64,000 bases of DNA from Selaginella moellendorffii (GCF_000143415.4 NW_003314311.1:938769-1002768); one strand, 5' to 3'; shown: positions 12,705-24,777, counted from the first letter of the stretch. Made by a program: numbers and translations. The notes: generated from the letters alone by a model not told the origin.

Positions 12705-14246
12705 TGTGTGCTTCTGAGTTTCGACTTCCTAGGAAGTCACACAATCCAATACTAAGGACGCTTAACCCCAAATATCCCAAAACCCTTAACCAAGTTATTC
12801 AAACCCAAGGACGTTTAACCCCAAATATCCCAAGACCCTTAACAAATTAGGGGAGGGGGTGCACTCTTGTTTATGAGTGTAACTTTCGGACGTTTAACCC
12901 CAAATATCCTACGACCCTTAACCAATTAAGGGAGGGGGTACATTCTTGTTCATGGGCCCTTTCCCTTTATATTTGAACCTTATGGATCGTCTCTCAAGTT
13001 GTTCTTTTTTGTTGCTTACAATCCACTACGCTTTCCTTTCCTTCTATATTTGAACCCCATGAATTGTCTCTTAAGTTGTTCTTTTTGGTTGCTTACAATC
13101 CACTATGCTTCTCTGTAAGTTCATGCCTTCGTGAACGGAAGCTGAAAGCCGTAGCTCTCGGACGCTTAACCCCAAATATCCCAAGACCTTTAACCAATTA
13201 GGGGAGGGGGTGCACTCTTGTTCATGAGCCCTTTCCCTCTATATTTGAACCCTATAGATCGTCTCTCAAGTTGTTCTTTTTGGTTGTTTATAATCCATTA
13301 TACTTCCCTATATGTTCTTTTTGGTTGCTTATAATCCACCATACTTCCCTATAAGTTCACACCCTCATGAACGGAAGCTGAAAGCCGCAGCTCTCTTGAA
13401 AGCCCTACTCTCTTGACACTTTACAATCCACCACGCTTCCTTGTAAATTCACGCCCTCGTGAACGGAAGCTGAAAGCTGCAGCTCTCTCAAAAGCCCCAC
13501 TCTCTTGACACCCTACCCCTTGGGTCATGCTTCTCTGTAAGTTCATGCCCTCGTGAACGGAAGCTGAAAACTATAGCTCTCAGACATTTAACCCCAAATA
13601 TCCCAAGACCTTTAACCAATTAGGGGAGGGGGTGCACTCTTGTTCATGAGCCCTTTCCCTCTATATTTGAACCCCATAGATTGTCTCTCAAGTTGTTCTT
13701 TTTGGTTACTTATAATCTATCATACTTCCCTGTATGTTCTTTTTGGTTGCTTATAATCCACCATACTTCCCTATAAGTTCATGCCCTCATGAACGGAAGC
13801 TGAAAGCAAATTGGACCTGCCAAATGTTAATCAACATGTGGTGTGATTCCTCTAGCCAGAGTTAGACTCGAGACCTCTTTGATACCAAATGTAAACTTCT
13901 GAGTTTAGACGGATTATAAGCAACCATACTTCCCTATAAGTTCATGCCCTCATGAACGGAAGCTGAAAGCAAATTGGACCTGCCAAATGTTAATCAACAT
14001 GTGGTGTGATTCCTCTAGCCAGAGTTAGACTCGAGACCTCTTTGATACCAAATGTAAACTTCTGAGTTTAGACTTCCCGACAGGTCACCTAGCCCAGTAC
14101 TATTCAAACCCAAGGATGCTTAACCCCAAATATCCCAAGACCCTTAACCAATTAAAAAAGGGGGTGCACTCTTGTTCATGGGCCCTTTCCTTCTATATTT
14201 GAACCCCATGGATCGTCTCTTAAGTTGTTCTCTTTGGTTGCTTACA
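12705..14246 (-). mobile_element. Cassandra-like TRIM in a tandem array, with 5S-rRNA-derived LTR
   Basis: 194-bp LTR 14053-14246 with TG...CA ends. PBS TGGTATCAAAGAG at ~14038-14050 and ~13875-13887. PPT-like AGCGTAGTGGAT beside LTR copies. Several partial LTR/internal repeats, no coding capacity, and a 5S-like segment at 14071-14124. Confidence 0.8.
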
Positions 14247-15087
14247 AAGACCTACATAATCACACAATGTTTTTTCAGTATCAAATAAGAAGTAATTACC
14301 TCTGATTGTCCTATCCAGCTCACTTTGCATCCCTATATTCTACATGTCAAAAGAAAGATACTAAGAAAGTAGTGCCTCCAATCTTCAAGAACTTACCTTG
14401 ATTTACTGCTATTATCTTAGTGTTCTTGTAAATTTTGTGTTCTTTCGTGATTGTTCTCAACTCACAGCCAATGATGAGAGGTGCCTGAGGCAAGGCACTC
14501 TAGTCTAGGTTAATGAGAAACGAGCATCAAACCTTCATGATAGACCAAATGCTGAAATGTGAACAATATTCAACCAAGGACATTCAACCATTCCCCACTT
14601 CGGGATCTGAAAGATAGAACTTGAGAAATTTATGATTCCAGCCTCTGGGACGAGCATGAGATGCCCACAAATTGTTGTCATCCGCTATGCAAGCGAAACT
14701 GGTCAAGAAAGGGAAAAAGAAGAAGAACTTTACTGTGGCCATCTGTCTTTCACGTCAAATGATGTCTGCCAGCTATTCACATACTTCCCAGCCCACACAG
14801 CTGGATGATATTCTCCCCTATGCACAGAAACATAAGCTCTTATATCACATGAGATAGCAAGAAGAAAAAAATTACCATTCACACATTGCATGGATGCTTG
14901 CTTTTTTTAGTATCTCACTCATCACAGGATTCCTTAGATGAAAATGTTGTTGGCATACTGAGCATGAGAAGGCTGATTTTTCCTGTGAAAGCAATTGTCA
15001 TACTTGAGGAGATTTGCGTGGTATGATGTCGATTTCTATTTTTCTCTTGGCTCCTTTTTATATTTTAATTTTGTTTTTCCTCTGTAG

Positions 15088-15573
15088 ATGCTGTCCCGGG
15101 ACCACATTTGGCACGACCCTGGTTTCATACACATTGCACGAATCCAAAATCTTAGGCCTGATACAAGATATTTGTACCGGTATGGAAGGTAAGGAAGGTT
15201 TTCTTTCATCTTCTGTGCTGACTCTAAAGTCTGATTATTTGCAGTGATAATTCTGGCTGATCCAACTTGAAAACGTTCACTACTCCTCCGGCTGGAGGAG
15301 CTTACAGTATGAAGTTTTTAATCTTTGGAGACATGGGAAAGGCTGAACGAGATGACAGCTTGGAGCATTACATCCAATTAAGTTAAATCTCAGAAACTCT
15401 TACATCTTGCCAACTTCACGCTCCTGAACTATTTATGTTTGCAGCCAGGTGCACTGCAAGTTACTGATGCCATGGCAAAAGAGGTCGTAGATGTAATTTT
15501 CCACATTGGAGACTTAAGCTATGTTACTGGCTTCCTTGCTGAATGGGACCATTTCCTGGAGATGATCAAGCTG
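15088..15573 (+). pseudogene. Purple acid phosphatase / nucleotide pyrophosphatase (PAP1/24/27 type), 5'/middle portion
   Basis: WHDPGFIH..L.PDTRYLYRYG, FLIFGDMGKAERD and FHIGDLSYVTGFLAEWDHF; an in-frame stop; sequence ends abruptly. Confidence 0.8.
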
Positions 15574-15726
15574 TGAGAAGAAATAACTCAAGTGACACTT
15601 TGAAACGGAACAAAAGTGGCATGTTTACTGTACCCACGTTCATGCATCTCGAAACTTGTGCCCCTTGGCATTTGCAAGTCATTCTCCTGGAAAATGTCTG
15701 CAAATGATAAGCTGTTCATTAGGAGG

Positions 15727-15761
<35 letters not shown>

Positions 15762-15931
15762 TACCTTCCAACAAGGTTCGCCAGATCATCACCTGTACTT
15801 TTGAGATCCCACATCCAGGGGAACAACAATGAGAACTTTTGACTTTAATACCACTGCCGATCTCTGTATAGACAAAAAAAATGTCTTCTATTCTACGTCT
15901 TCTTCCACAATTCTACAACTGATCTCTTCCA

Positions 15932-17062
15932 GAATAAGACGTGAAGCCAGCTTAAGCTTGCCATGCATCTATCTCTGGACTCTCCCACTCTTCCATTTCA
16001 ATGGGTGGTACTTTCCTTGGGCAGTCGCAGCTCTGGCCGGGACCAACATATGTCTTCACCAGGTTTGCTTTTCCTCATCTCTTCATTTAAGCTCGTATAG
16101 CAGTAAAGTTCCTCGTTTCCACAAGTGACGGCCAAAGGAATCTTTGCTGCCATAGCCGAGCACAATGTGACCAACTTTGGCGCTGCTCCCATGGTGCTCA
16201 ACATGATCATAAGTGCGGCAACGGGCTCAACGTTCTCGCGGCTCCAACACAGGCAAGTCAGGATAATGACCACGGGTGCGGCTCCTCTGGCAGCAGTCCT
16301 GGCTAAAATCGAAGCTCTCAGGTTTCATGTGATGCACGTCTACGGGCTCACGGAAACATATGGTCCATGCACTGTGTGCGAGTGGAATCCCGAATGGGAC
16401 AGCCTTTCGCCCAATGAGCAGGCCAGGCTCAAGGCTTGGCAGGGTGTGAAATACGTTTTCCTCGATGGCTTACAGGTGCTCAACTCTGAAACTCTGGAAC
16501 CTGTTGCCAAGGACGGTGTCACCATTGGCTAAGTTTGCATGCATGGGAACATGGCATTCAAGGGGCACTTGAACAATCCACAGGCGACGCTGGAGAGCTT
16601 TAGAGGAGGATGGTTCCACTCCGGGGACTTGGCAGTTTGGCATCCCAATGGATATATCGAGATCAAGGATATTATCATTTCTGGAGGGGAGAACATTGGC
16701 AGCCTGGAAGTGGAGAGCATCTTGTACAGGTAAAAGGAGAGTTTTTTCTTCTTTGTTTCTCGTTAAAGTTTGCTTCTTTTTCTTCCAGGCATCCAGCAGT
16801 GTTGGAAGCTGCTGTGGTGGCGGGGCCAGACGAGAAGTGGGGCGAGTCTCCATGCGCGTTTGTGTCCCTCAAGCACAGCGTGAGAAGAAACGAGGAGGAG
16901 ATACTCTTGTTCTGTCGTCAGCATTTGCCAAAGTTCATGGTGCCAAAGAGCGTCATCATTCTCGCGGCCTTGGACAAAACTGCGACTGGCAAGATCCAAA
17001 AACAGGTGCTGCGCAGCAAAGCAAGAGCTCTTGGCAGCATCAAGCAAATCAGCAAGCTCTAA
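15932..17062 (+). pseudogene. Acyl-activating enzyme (AMP-binding, AAE1/AAE7-like), 5'-truncated
   Basis: YLWTLPLFHxNGW, HVYGLTETYGP, GWFHSGDL, KDIIISGGENI and KTATGKIQK. TAA at 16530 where GEV is expected; N-terminus missing. Confidence 0.85.
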
Positions 17063-17089
17063 CAGCCAACTATTGAACTTGTAAATCTT

Positions 17090-18445
17090 AAAATCGTTCA
17101 TGGCCTGGAAAATCCCCATGGCAATTTTAAACCGGTCAACTACTGTTCCGTCCGTTGTAATGTACTGGAATGAAAAATAAATAAATAATATACAAGAACC
17201 AAGAACGCAATTCATCTACCTCAAACAATAGCTTTGTCTTATCGGCTGTCACTCTTGCATATCCAAATGCAGACCTTCGAATCAAGCTCCATGAACTAAA
17301 CTGTCAGAAAAAAAAAATAGAATAATGCTTTATTTCGTTAAAGTGGAATTTTTCATTATCCCACTTATGGTGTGTGGCCACATGCCATTTTTATAACAAC
17401 AATAAAAAATTGAAGTTTTAGCTTTATAATTTATAAATTAAAAACTTTTTATATGATTTTGTGTTATAATATTGTGAAATATAAAAAATAAATTAAAAAA
17501 CTGATAGAAATATTAATAAATATTAATTAAGTACTAGGAAATGGCATGTGGACACATGCTAATTAATGTCCCACTTTACTGAATAAGTTCCACTTTAACG
17601 AAATAAAACATAATATCAATACCATATAAAGAGCTTGAATATAGGAAACAAAGCTGCAAGCTTACATTACGAGGGAAGTCATCCAGGCTGAACCTGATCA
17701 TGCCAACCACAGCGTGAACTGGAGCCGAGTAAATTGTAATGTCAAGGAAATTGACACCCACTAAATCCTTGATCGGGTGCTGCAGGCAGCGGCCCTGAAA
17801 CACAGCACAAGTTTGCTTGTAGTTGTGAACATGCCCCCACACTGCTAAATCAACCTGTGCAAAGACAATTTCATTCTAGTTTTCCCTTTGAAGAGCTCGT
17901 GTTTTACCTTGTTTTCTCAAGAGCAATGGTTCCACAGCTGCTACAAATTTCAGATCCACATATGGTAGAAGTTTAGAAATACTTCCCAGCAGTTGAGTGG
18001 AGTACTACGTAGATGACTGAAAGAAAAATAGCACACATGAGTTTACAGAATGAAAATGTGGATAAAAACAGTTACCCTGTGAAAACTATCCATGGTATAC
18101 TGAATCTGTCGACAGATTCAAGGTCAGATTTCATCCAAGTGTACTGTAGAAGGTTTCCTTGAAGTAAACATGAAAAGAATAAGAATGCATACTTGTTCGC
18201 TGGTCAAGCTCCAGTCGTGTTCTGTAGAGATGACTGTGAAATGCATGGGGCTGATGTCAGGCATTTGGAAATAAGTTCAATATGGGACTCCACATTTGCC
18301 ATCTAAGTGTGTTATACAAAGATCATGAATCTGGATAATCTCTGAAAACCACACAGATCAGTCTACAAGTTTTCATAAGACTTTGTGAGTACGTCTCCTG
18401 GTTTCCAATGGCTGCCATGTACGCAATCTTGGATGCTACTGGAAC
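17090..18445 (-). pseudogene. Purple acid phosphatase 3' half, in inverted orientation
   Basis: Minus-strand exons PVASKIAYMAAIGNQE, STEHDWSLTSEQ, YTWMKSDLESVDRFSIPWIVFTG, VDLAVWGHVHNY and SWSLIRRSAFGYARV. Confidence 0.8.
17327..17609. mobile_element. MITE in a PAP intron
   Basis: TIR tttatttcgttaaagtggaa (17329) / ttccactttaacgaaataaa (ends 17607), a second internal IR (ccacatgccattt / aaatggcatgtgg), an AT-rich core, and ATAAT on both flanks. Confidence 0.7.
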
Positions 18446-18970
18446 AGTGACGGAGAAATGCCACAATTAAAAAAATTCTGATTTGCAAAGTTATTACCTT
18501 TTGTAATTATATCTCAGCCGTTAGATCTTGGCATATACCCAAAATAAGTGTCCCCAGTATATGCTATTATTATACTAGCTCTTTCATTTAAATATATGAG
18601 TATGATGATGATGATCTTGAATTTTAGAAACTATATATAATAATATTTTAAGAATAAAATCATAACATTAAATATTGATTACAAAGAGCCTAAGAAAAAT
18701 AAAATTAGAATTAGATAAAAAATTAAAAAATAAAATCACAAGATTGAAGAATAAAGCATTTTCTGTGATATGAGTGTTTAATAAAAATTCTCCTCTGAAA
18801 TTTTCTCTTTCCACAAGCTCAAATGTTCCCGGCTCAAATCCCTAGACCTAGAAAAAATTTAACTGACAGGATTAGTAATAAATGAAACACACGTCCTAAA
18901 GCATCTTTATAAAAGCTTCAGCAACCGAATTCCCTTGTAGAAAAAATCTCGCAGTCCTGGGTCCGTTACG

Positions 18971-20112
18971 ATGATGATCACAAGAGCTCCTCCTAAAGTT
19001 ATGGATCGAGCATTCTTCCTCGTTTTGATCCTGGCAGTGATTGATTGGAGCCTGGAAGAGCACCTCACTCCGGATTTCTACCAGGATTCCTGTCCCAATC
19101 TCGAGACCACAGTGCGAGAGACCGTAAATAAGTTCGTCCAGGACGAGCCAGGGATCGCAGCTTCACTCCTTCGCCTACATTTTCACGACTGCTTTGTCAC
19201 GGTAAAGTTCGAAGGCAAATCTCACTAGTACCTTGAGTTGATCGAAAAGACGGAGCGTAACTTCTTTTGCAGGGCTGCGATGCTTCAATCCTCCTGGACG
19301 ACGTTCCTCCCAGGCTGGGCGAGAAGAGCGCTCCTCCAAACTCAAACTTTTTTCGAGCTTACGAAGTCATCGACGACGTGAAGTTCCAACTGGAGCAAAT
19401 CTGCGACGGCGTGGTTTCCTGCGCCGATCTCTTGGCTCTAGCTGCAAGAGAAGCCGTCATAGCGGTGAGCGAAAGGAAAATGCCGAGATCAAATCTCTCA
19501 CCACCATCTTTTCTTCTGTGATAGTCACACGGCCCTCACTGGAAAGTCCACTATGGCCGAAGAGACACCACGGTGGCGAGCTTGGCGGCCGCTGCGCAGG
19601 ACATACCTTTCGCCAACGCCACCACCCAAGAGCTCATCACAAGGTTTGAGAACAAAGGCCTGTCCGTGGACGAAATGGTAGCTCTCTCGGGAGCTCACAC
19701 AATCGGCCAGACACGCTGCGCGGTCGTCAAGGATCGCCTCTACGACTTCATGGGAACCGGACAGCCGGATCCAGCGCTGGACAAGGATTTGCTCCAATCC
19801 CTCCGTGAATCCTGCCCTGACACGCCCTCGAGCGATGAGAATTTCTCCCCTCTCGACTCCCAGACCCCTCTCCGATTCGACAATGCCTACTTCACGGACC
19901 TGAGGAGCGGCCGCGGCGTCCTCCGCTCGGATCAAGTGCTCTACTCCACGCCTGGCGCCACCAAGAGCGCCGTCCATATCTACAGCGGCGATTCAAGCCA
20001 GTTCTTCGAGGATTTCGGGAGAGCGATGATCAAGCTAGGCGGATTGACGCCGCTAACAGGGAAGGAGGGCGAAATCCGCCGCTCCTGTCGATTCCCAAAC
20101 CGGTGGATCTGA
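18971..20112 (+). CDS. Class III secretory peroxidase (exons 18971-19201, 19273-19464, 19525-20112)
   Basis: LLRLHFHDCFV, GCDASILLD, VSCADLLALAAR, VALSGAHTIG and FDNAYF motifs; GT-AG introns; signal peptide; TATAAAA at ~18908. Confidence 0.95.
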
Positions 20113-20237
20113 AGCTCATAGAACCCTAAATTTAACTAAATTACAAATCCTTTCAAACCTTAAAGCTAGAACCTTAAATTTAGAAAATTAGCCCTGTTGG
20201 ATAGTTTTAAGCTACAAATCTATGACATTCTCCCCTT

Positions 20238-21160
20238 TCAGACCCATTTCACACTTGATATTTGACCATTGCTATCCCAATGTACTCTACTCTTCGAAAC
20301 CAAAGCTCCTTGAGAATCGTATGCATGTAGCTGATTATCTCCAACCACAACCAATTCACTTACTCTCCCTCCTTCCAGCTTTCCATCCAAAAACTCCCAC
20401 TCTGATTTGTCTTCGTTCCAAAAGTAGAGCCAGTTTGCGTTGCTGTCTTGGAACCACTTCATCATCACCAAGACAACCTTGTTCAAAGTTGCCATGGCTG
20501 GCATCACACCATCCTCAATAATATCCTCTGCAAAGGGTTGTCTCCACCCTTTCTTGTTAACGCCCTTGTAGTCCAAATCCAGAAACCTCCACTCTAGCAC
20601 CAATTTTTGGATCCCGCTGTATGGAAAGCTCTCACGCTTGAAAACCCCAACAATCCCATCTTGCAACACAAGCAATCTCTCCAAATTGCAACCCAAAGGA
20701 AACCTCTGTTGCACACTCCACTTGTCCAAGCGCAGATTGTACTTTTGGATCCTGAAATCAGCTGCAACGTAGATGTTATCTTTGAAAAACACCATCTGTG
20801 GATTGCTCGAAATGTTGGTCATCCAAGTGATTGGATGATCAGTCCCTTTGCAAAGGTCGAACAAGTGGGATTTTCCAAGCTTTCTGCAATACATGAGCAC
20901 AAAGCCTTCCCTGCAACACATAACTCCCCACTCATCACTCGGGTCTCCAGTAGGACATGGAAGTGTTAAATGCCCTTGTATCTCGTAAGGCAGCTTTACC
21001 ATCCTTTGCGAAGATTGGCCCTGCGACTGATCATCTTCTAGTTCTAGCCTAGTAGCCCCCTCTTCATTTGCACTTGACTGTTCAGTTTCATTGGAAGAAG
21101 CTCCATTGTCGAGGCTGACCCTTGAAAGAATTTCCAATATTACGTCACATGGCCCATCAC
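20238..21160 (-). CDS. Divergent F-box-like protein (possibly kelch-like C-terminus); start codon unclear, may be a pseudogene
   Basis: ~300-codon open frame beginning PCDVILEILSRV (F-box-like), followed by beta-rich sequence (IYVAA..YN..DKW). Confidence 0.45.
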
Positions 21161-22355
21161 CCTAAACCCTAAATCTGTAAAGCTGCCCTGATTTATTTAT
21201 ATAGAAGCAAACCTCATGAATAGCTTCTTTTATCAGTCAACGAAAGGTGAGTGACCGTGTATTTTTTCTCATGCTAATGCAGGGCCTCTTCTTGATCCAA
21301 ATGCTCTTCAGTATTAACACTGCCTTGCAAGACCAAAAGTGAGAGAGGTGTCTTGCTCCTCTGTGGGTATGTTCTATTGCTTGGCATAAAGTTTTAGTGA
21401 CTTGGATATGCATTGCAGAGCACATGAGCATAGACATATGAGTTCATATTCAATGTGCTTCTTTTACTAGTTAAGGAGGAGTCTAGCTCATGGGTTTGGT
21501 CGGCCATTGCTTAATGCTTTTGCAGTTTGCTAACATTGCCTTCCGTTCACAAAGGAGGAGCCATTCTGGACCTTCCTTCTGGGGATTTTGTGGTATATTA
21601 GTCACGGATTGTGAACGCAGGCAAACAATTAATTTCCGAAAGTATCGAAATGGTTATCGTTACAGCTAGTGTGCTTTGAACTCCAGCACCATGAGTATGA
21701 CTCGCAATTTTTTGTACCGTTTGAGCTTTCATGCGTTCCGTGTTTCAGTTAATGAGCGAAATGACTTTGTGCGGAATGTGACTCTAAACGCCTTTGCGCT
21801 TGATTCTATGATGGAGTGGCTCTAGCCTCTGTAAATAAGGTATAAAAACTGTTGATTTTCTCATCTCTTGTTCTTGTCAGTGTGTCATTTTCGCAGCTTG
21901 AAAAATTTTCTACCATCTATCCTAACGGAAAAGTGCCTTTCTTTTCCGTCAGTATCAACAACCGTCTCAACTTTGAGGTATCACGTGAAAGATTGATTTC
22001 ATAGTACTTCCTGATGATGCTGTACAAGCATAGCGAGATAAAAATGGAATCAGACGTTCTACGTGGAGATCTTGAGAAGCTCCAATGAAGTTAACTATAA
22101 TGATTTTGATTCTATTACTGTGCTCGGAGAGGCAGCATCACGCAAGGTACAACACCTGGCGTGGTATGGACATTTTTCTTTATTCATTCATTTATTTTCT
22201 GCCCAGTACATCGCCATCACAAGAAGCACCAGGAGCAACGCTTTCGAGATGGGAGTTCTTATCCACGGAAGCTATTTCATCGAGGTTCGAAAGCCGCAGT
22301 CGAAATCACTTGCTCAGGCCGTAGTTTTCCTTGTTGTGGCGTAGAGCTCTTCTCA

Positions 22356-23420
22356 ATGGCGGCTATCACGTCGACTCTTATCCTCGTCCTCGTCTCTGCT
22401 ATATCTTGCACTGCTCAGTCCCAGCCAAGGCTCTCTCTGCCCTTTGAAACCAGGCAAGTGAACAACGGTAGAAAGACAAGGTATGTCTCCAGGGTGACTC
22501 TCAATGATGCTGGCTCCACGAGCAGCGGCACCAGCTATACCAAAGCCTTCACGATCGATACAAGCTCCAACCAAGTCTCCGTGTCAAGCTGTAGCAACAA
22601 CCGTGCCAGTTTCGAGCTCTTGGTCGCGACGAGCAGCTTCTTCACGACAAAGGCCAGTTTTCCCGTCGACATCGACATTGTTTGCAGCAGCAGCCAGGGA
22701 AACGTGATTGGCCTCGCGGCATCAGGTAGCTCCAGCTTACCACTCCAAGTCTCTCGATCGGCTAAACTCGCTCACAGGTTCACGTACTGCCTGGCTTCCA
22801 GCTCTGGCCGCGGTTTGGGCGAGCTCTACATCGGGCAGCAGGGTCCTTACAGGGTCTTCCACAACACGGACATCCTCAACTCTACGTCCCTGCCAATGCT
22901 CTATTTCCCACTCACGGTCTCGTCCTCGGGTTCTTACCACCTTAAGCTCGACAGCGTCTCTCTTGGATCCAAGACCACCGTCACTATTACCATGGTGGAG
23001 ATTGGAACGAGCTTCCGCTACACTCGGCTCCCTCAGGCCGCGTACCAGATGCTCCGAGATGGATTTCTTCGCGAGGTCGGGGAGAAGAAGCTGGGCAGGG
23101 ACTCGTCATCGTTTGGAGAGCTGGACTTGTGCTACAAGATGAGCGTGGAGCAGCGAACTACTTTTTCAAACGTGACGATGGTGGTGAGCGGGATCCCGTG
23201 GATGGTCTCCGGGGATAACTATCTGGTGACCAAGCCGGGGATAAGAAATGTGGCGTGCTTCGCGTTTGTGAGCGCTGGGAAGGATGGACGCAGCGTAATT
23301 GGAACTGCCCAGCAAGAGAACAACTTTGTGGAGTTTGATGTTGATGCCAAGAAGTTGGGTGTGAGTGGCTCGTTGTTTGCTGCCTTTGGGCTTGCCTGTG
23401 AGGACACCTCTGGTTCGTGA
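22356..23420 (+). CDS. Secreted pepsin-fold A1 family protein, TAXI/XEGIP-like and probably non-catalytic
   Basis: Signal peptide MAAITSTLILVLVSA; RFTYCL, LDLCY and VIGTAQQENNFVEFD motifs; catalytic motifs altered to DTSS and EIGT; intronless. Confidence 0.85.
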   Translation: MAAITSTLILVLVSAISCTAQSQPRLSLPFETRQVNNGRKTRYVSRVTLNDAGSTSSGTSYTKAFTIDTSSNQVSVSSCSNNRASFELLVATSSFFTTKASFPVDIDIVCSSSQGNVIGLAASGSSSLPLQVSRSAKLAHRFTYCLASSSGRGLGELYIGQQGPYRVFHNTDILNSTSLPMLYFPLTVSSSGSYHLKLDSVSLGSKTTVTITMVEIGTSFRYTRLPQAAYQMLRDGFLREVGEKKLGRDSSSFGELDLCYKMSVEQRTTFSNVTMVVSGIPWMVSGDNYLVTKPGIRNVACFAFVSAGKDGRSVIGTAQQENNFVEFDVDAKKLGVSGSLFAAFGLACEDTSGS

Positions 23421-24573
23421 TTTATTATTATTTCAGATATTTTATCTGAAGGAAAGTTCTGTCTATTAAGCTCGGGAACTTCCGACTTGGACGCAATGAC
23501 AAATTCTTCCTCCACCTGATTGTCTTGTGTTGCTGCTGTCGCCAATGCAAACATATCTCCACAGGGACATGAAGCCTCGTCCCATTCTGGCAGCTAACGA
23601 AGCCCTCCCAAAGTTCCTAACAAACTTACTTACGCCAGGCACAGGGTCCTCTCGATGATCCACCGAAACTCGAAACTCGACTCTCGAAGGGATTCGTTGC
23701 TCTCGCTGTTGGTACCGGATCGGCCCGCTGCTACAGACCAAAGCATCAAACTCGAGGACCGAGACCCCGACCCCCAGCTGGACCCCGGACGCCGTGAACG
23801 AGTGGATATCACTAGCCCAGTCTCGCTCTTGCCACCATATCCTATCCTTCTTCTGAGAAAAGGACCAAGCAGTAGTAGTACTCGCTGCTCTAAGCTTCCT
23901 CCAGTGGGACGTCGCTAGCGTTCCCCGTGATCTTCTTGTGAGAGTGCGCGTGCTCTCTCCACGGAGTCACCCACGGTGATGCTGCTCTTTGCCATTGATG
24001 ACGCTCCTCTGGAACCTCTCGCCAGCAACGGACAGGCGGGGGGATATTTCCTGGGAGCGTGGAGAGACGAGTCGAGCTCGACCTCGGTCCAGTTACTGTC
24101 CCGGTGCTCCAATCCGGGTGCCTCGTCCGGCACGAGAAAGATAAGTTCGGCAGGACGTTATTGATGTTCTTGAGTTCTCTAGCATTCCAGCCACCTTGAC
24201 TCCGCTTGTCGTCGTGGAGATCAACCACTAGGATACGTTTGTCCATACTGTCCCTCTGAAAAGCCAAAGAAAAAAAGATAAAATAAGATAGTAATTACCA
24301 AGTTCGCAAGATCTCTCGCAACATGCACGGCCATAGGAATTCAGTCCCTTCTTTGCTCTAGTCTGTCCACAAATCTCATACAAAACGTGTCAGTCGAAGG
24401 AAAGTAAGAGAAAGAAAGAAAGAAAAACAACAAAACCGATCGCTTTTGTTTCGCTACCGATGCTTCGCTGCCAGCGCGCTTGCTTTCCCGTGGACGATCC
24501 GATCATCATGGCCAGAGCTGCAAGGCGAGAGAAACTATGAGTGCTAGATCTCGCATTTTCGCTTACCGTCACA

Positions 24574-24777
24574 CTATGGAATCAACCCGATCGGGTGGAA
24601 AGAGACTTCGCAGCCATTCTTCTTGAACGAGCCGATCGTGTCAATGCCGCGTTCCAAAGAGGCCAATCCGCGATCGAACGATCCCTGGAAGGATTTCGTA
24701 TAAGAATCCAGCGATTCGGACAGTGACTTCGCAGCATCCGTGAGGGACTGGCCGAGGTAGAATGCGGCTGCTGCCAC
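24574..24777 (-). CDS. Possible small amphipathic-helix protein (67 aa)
   Basis: ATG in a good context (GCAATGGCA) and a helical pattern; no family recognised. Confidence 0.25.
   Translation of the reverse strand: MAAAAFYLGQSLTDAAKSLSESLDSYTKSFQGSFDRGLASLERGIDTIGSFKKNGCEVSFHPIGLIP

Noticed and set aside
14071-14124. 5S rRNA gene
   Set aside because: Only the promoter-box region matches, and it is embedded in an LTR.
12760-14250. Repeat-spacer look suggesting a CRISPR array
   Set aside because: The units are partial LTR and internal segments of a TRIM with PBS and PPT; the spacers are not unique, and the context is eukaryotic.
23466-24267. Minus-strand GC-rich ORF pieces
   Set aside because: Probably a frameshifted gene remnant, but no family could be recognised.
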